In this document: positions 63,260-64,000 of the stretch, piece by piece
Position numbering within the stretch: position 1 is the stretch's first letter
Layout: every line of letters starts with the position of its first letter
Source of the DNA: Sphaerodactylus townsendi
Taxonomy: Eukaryota
DNA length: 64,000 nucleotides
Reading direction: 5' to 3'
Assembly: GCF_021028975.2 (NCBI RefSeq)
Contig: NC_059439.1
Location: 23,808,001-23,872,000 of the forward strand
Program-made: the position numbers and the translations under genes
The notes under the pieces: model-generated
What the model was told of the DNA's origin: nothing
The model's input: the letters and a program-made list of their open reading frames with translations, nothing else
Databases searched by the model: none

Positions 63260-64000
63260 AGTTTAATGTCATATTTAAGGCTGGAGAATGAAATGAGAGA
63301 ATTCCTACCATCTATGCCCTCAGTCCATGGTCAGGTTTTCCCTGAATTCCATTCTTCTTGAATTACCATTTCACAATAAGAATGTCTAAAATTAATTCCA
63401 GAAATGGAATCTACACAGTTTCCAGTTTTTTACTTTTTTGCTTCTGTGTAACGCACACTTCTTCATGAATAAAAAAGTCCAAAGATAATAAATGAAGATG
63501 AAAATTAAGAATATGGTGCAAATTCTTAATCAATGTCTGATGTCAATAAAAGATGTGGGCAAAAGCTCTGAATTCTTACAATTTCCAACTTTTGGTAGGA
63601 AAAAAAACTGATCTGTGTTTAGATTTACCACCTGTGTGGTATATGGTTGCTGTCATTCCCCCAGACTGTTCAATGATGAGACTTCGTATTCAGATGATTT
63701 CTTTATTATGAAACAACATCAGAAAAAAGCATTTAGATTTCTGTTGCCAGAAGTAAAGGTTGATACACCAACGCACCCTCCATTTTACGCTTCGTCATCC
63801 CCTCCTTGTCATCACAGCCACTTCCCACCCTGAAACCCAGTTCCCAGGGGAGATTGGCAGACCTCCAGTCCTACAGTCAAGAGCCAGGGTGGCCTTCACT
63901 TAAATCAAAACAACTCATGTTCCTCCAGTGCTAAACAATGCAACAGCTAGCAGGTGTCTATCAACCTGATAAAGAATGAAACAAAACTACAGCAACAACA

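Noticed and set aside
63126-63311. Gly/Ala-rich hydrophobic 61-aa ORF resembling a small membrane protein such as IFI27
   Set aside because: It is a translation of the Penelope-like insert plus flank
1-64000. CRISPR arrays, operons or prokaryotic defence systems
   Set aside because: The sequence is vertebrate; the repeats are satellites and transposons, with no repeat-spacer structure

Overview
Eukaryotic DNA from a squamate reptile (Sauria SINE, CR1, R4/Dong, Penelope and hAT/Harbinger MITEs; probably a lizard), not prokaryotic. The window is an olfactory receptor (OR) cluster with eight minus-strand OR loci: five intact, one with a single 4-nt frameshift, and two error-rich duplicates of neighbours, one split by a ~4.85-kb Ty1/copia LTR retrotransposon. 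The most unexpected item is mostly missed by the ORF track: a plus-strand multi-exon gene at 26741-35145 encoding a strongly diverged SEMA6A-like semaphorin. Its ten coding exons have GT-AG junctions, consistent phases and a continuous 360-codon frame. The core is conserved, the presumed plexin-binding face is remodelled, and the gene stops part-way through the sema domain. Two N-gaps and indel-rich duplicated blocks (about 20.6-24.6 kb and 53.6-64 kb) mean some of the architecture could be an assembly artefact. Comparisons with reference proteins and repeat families are from memory, not from database searches.
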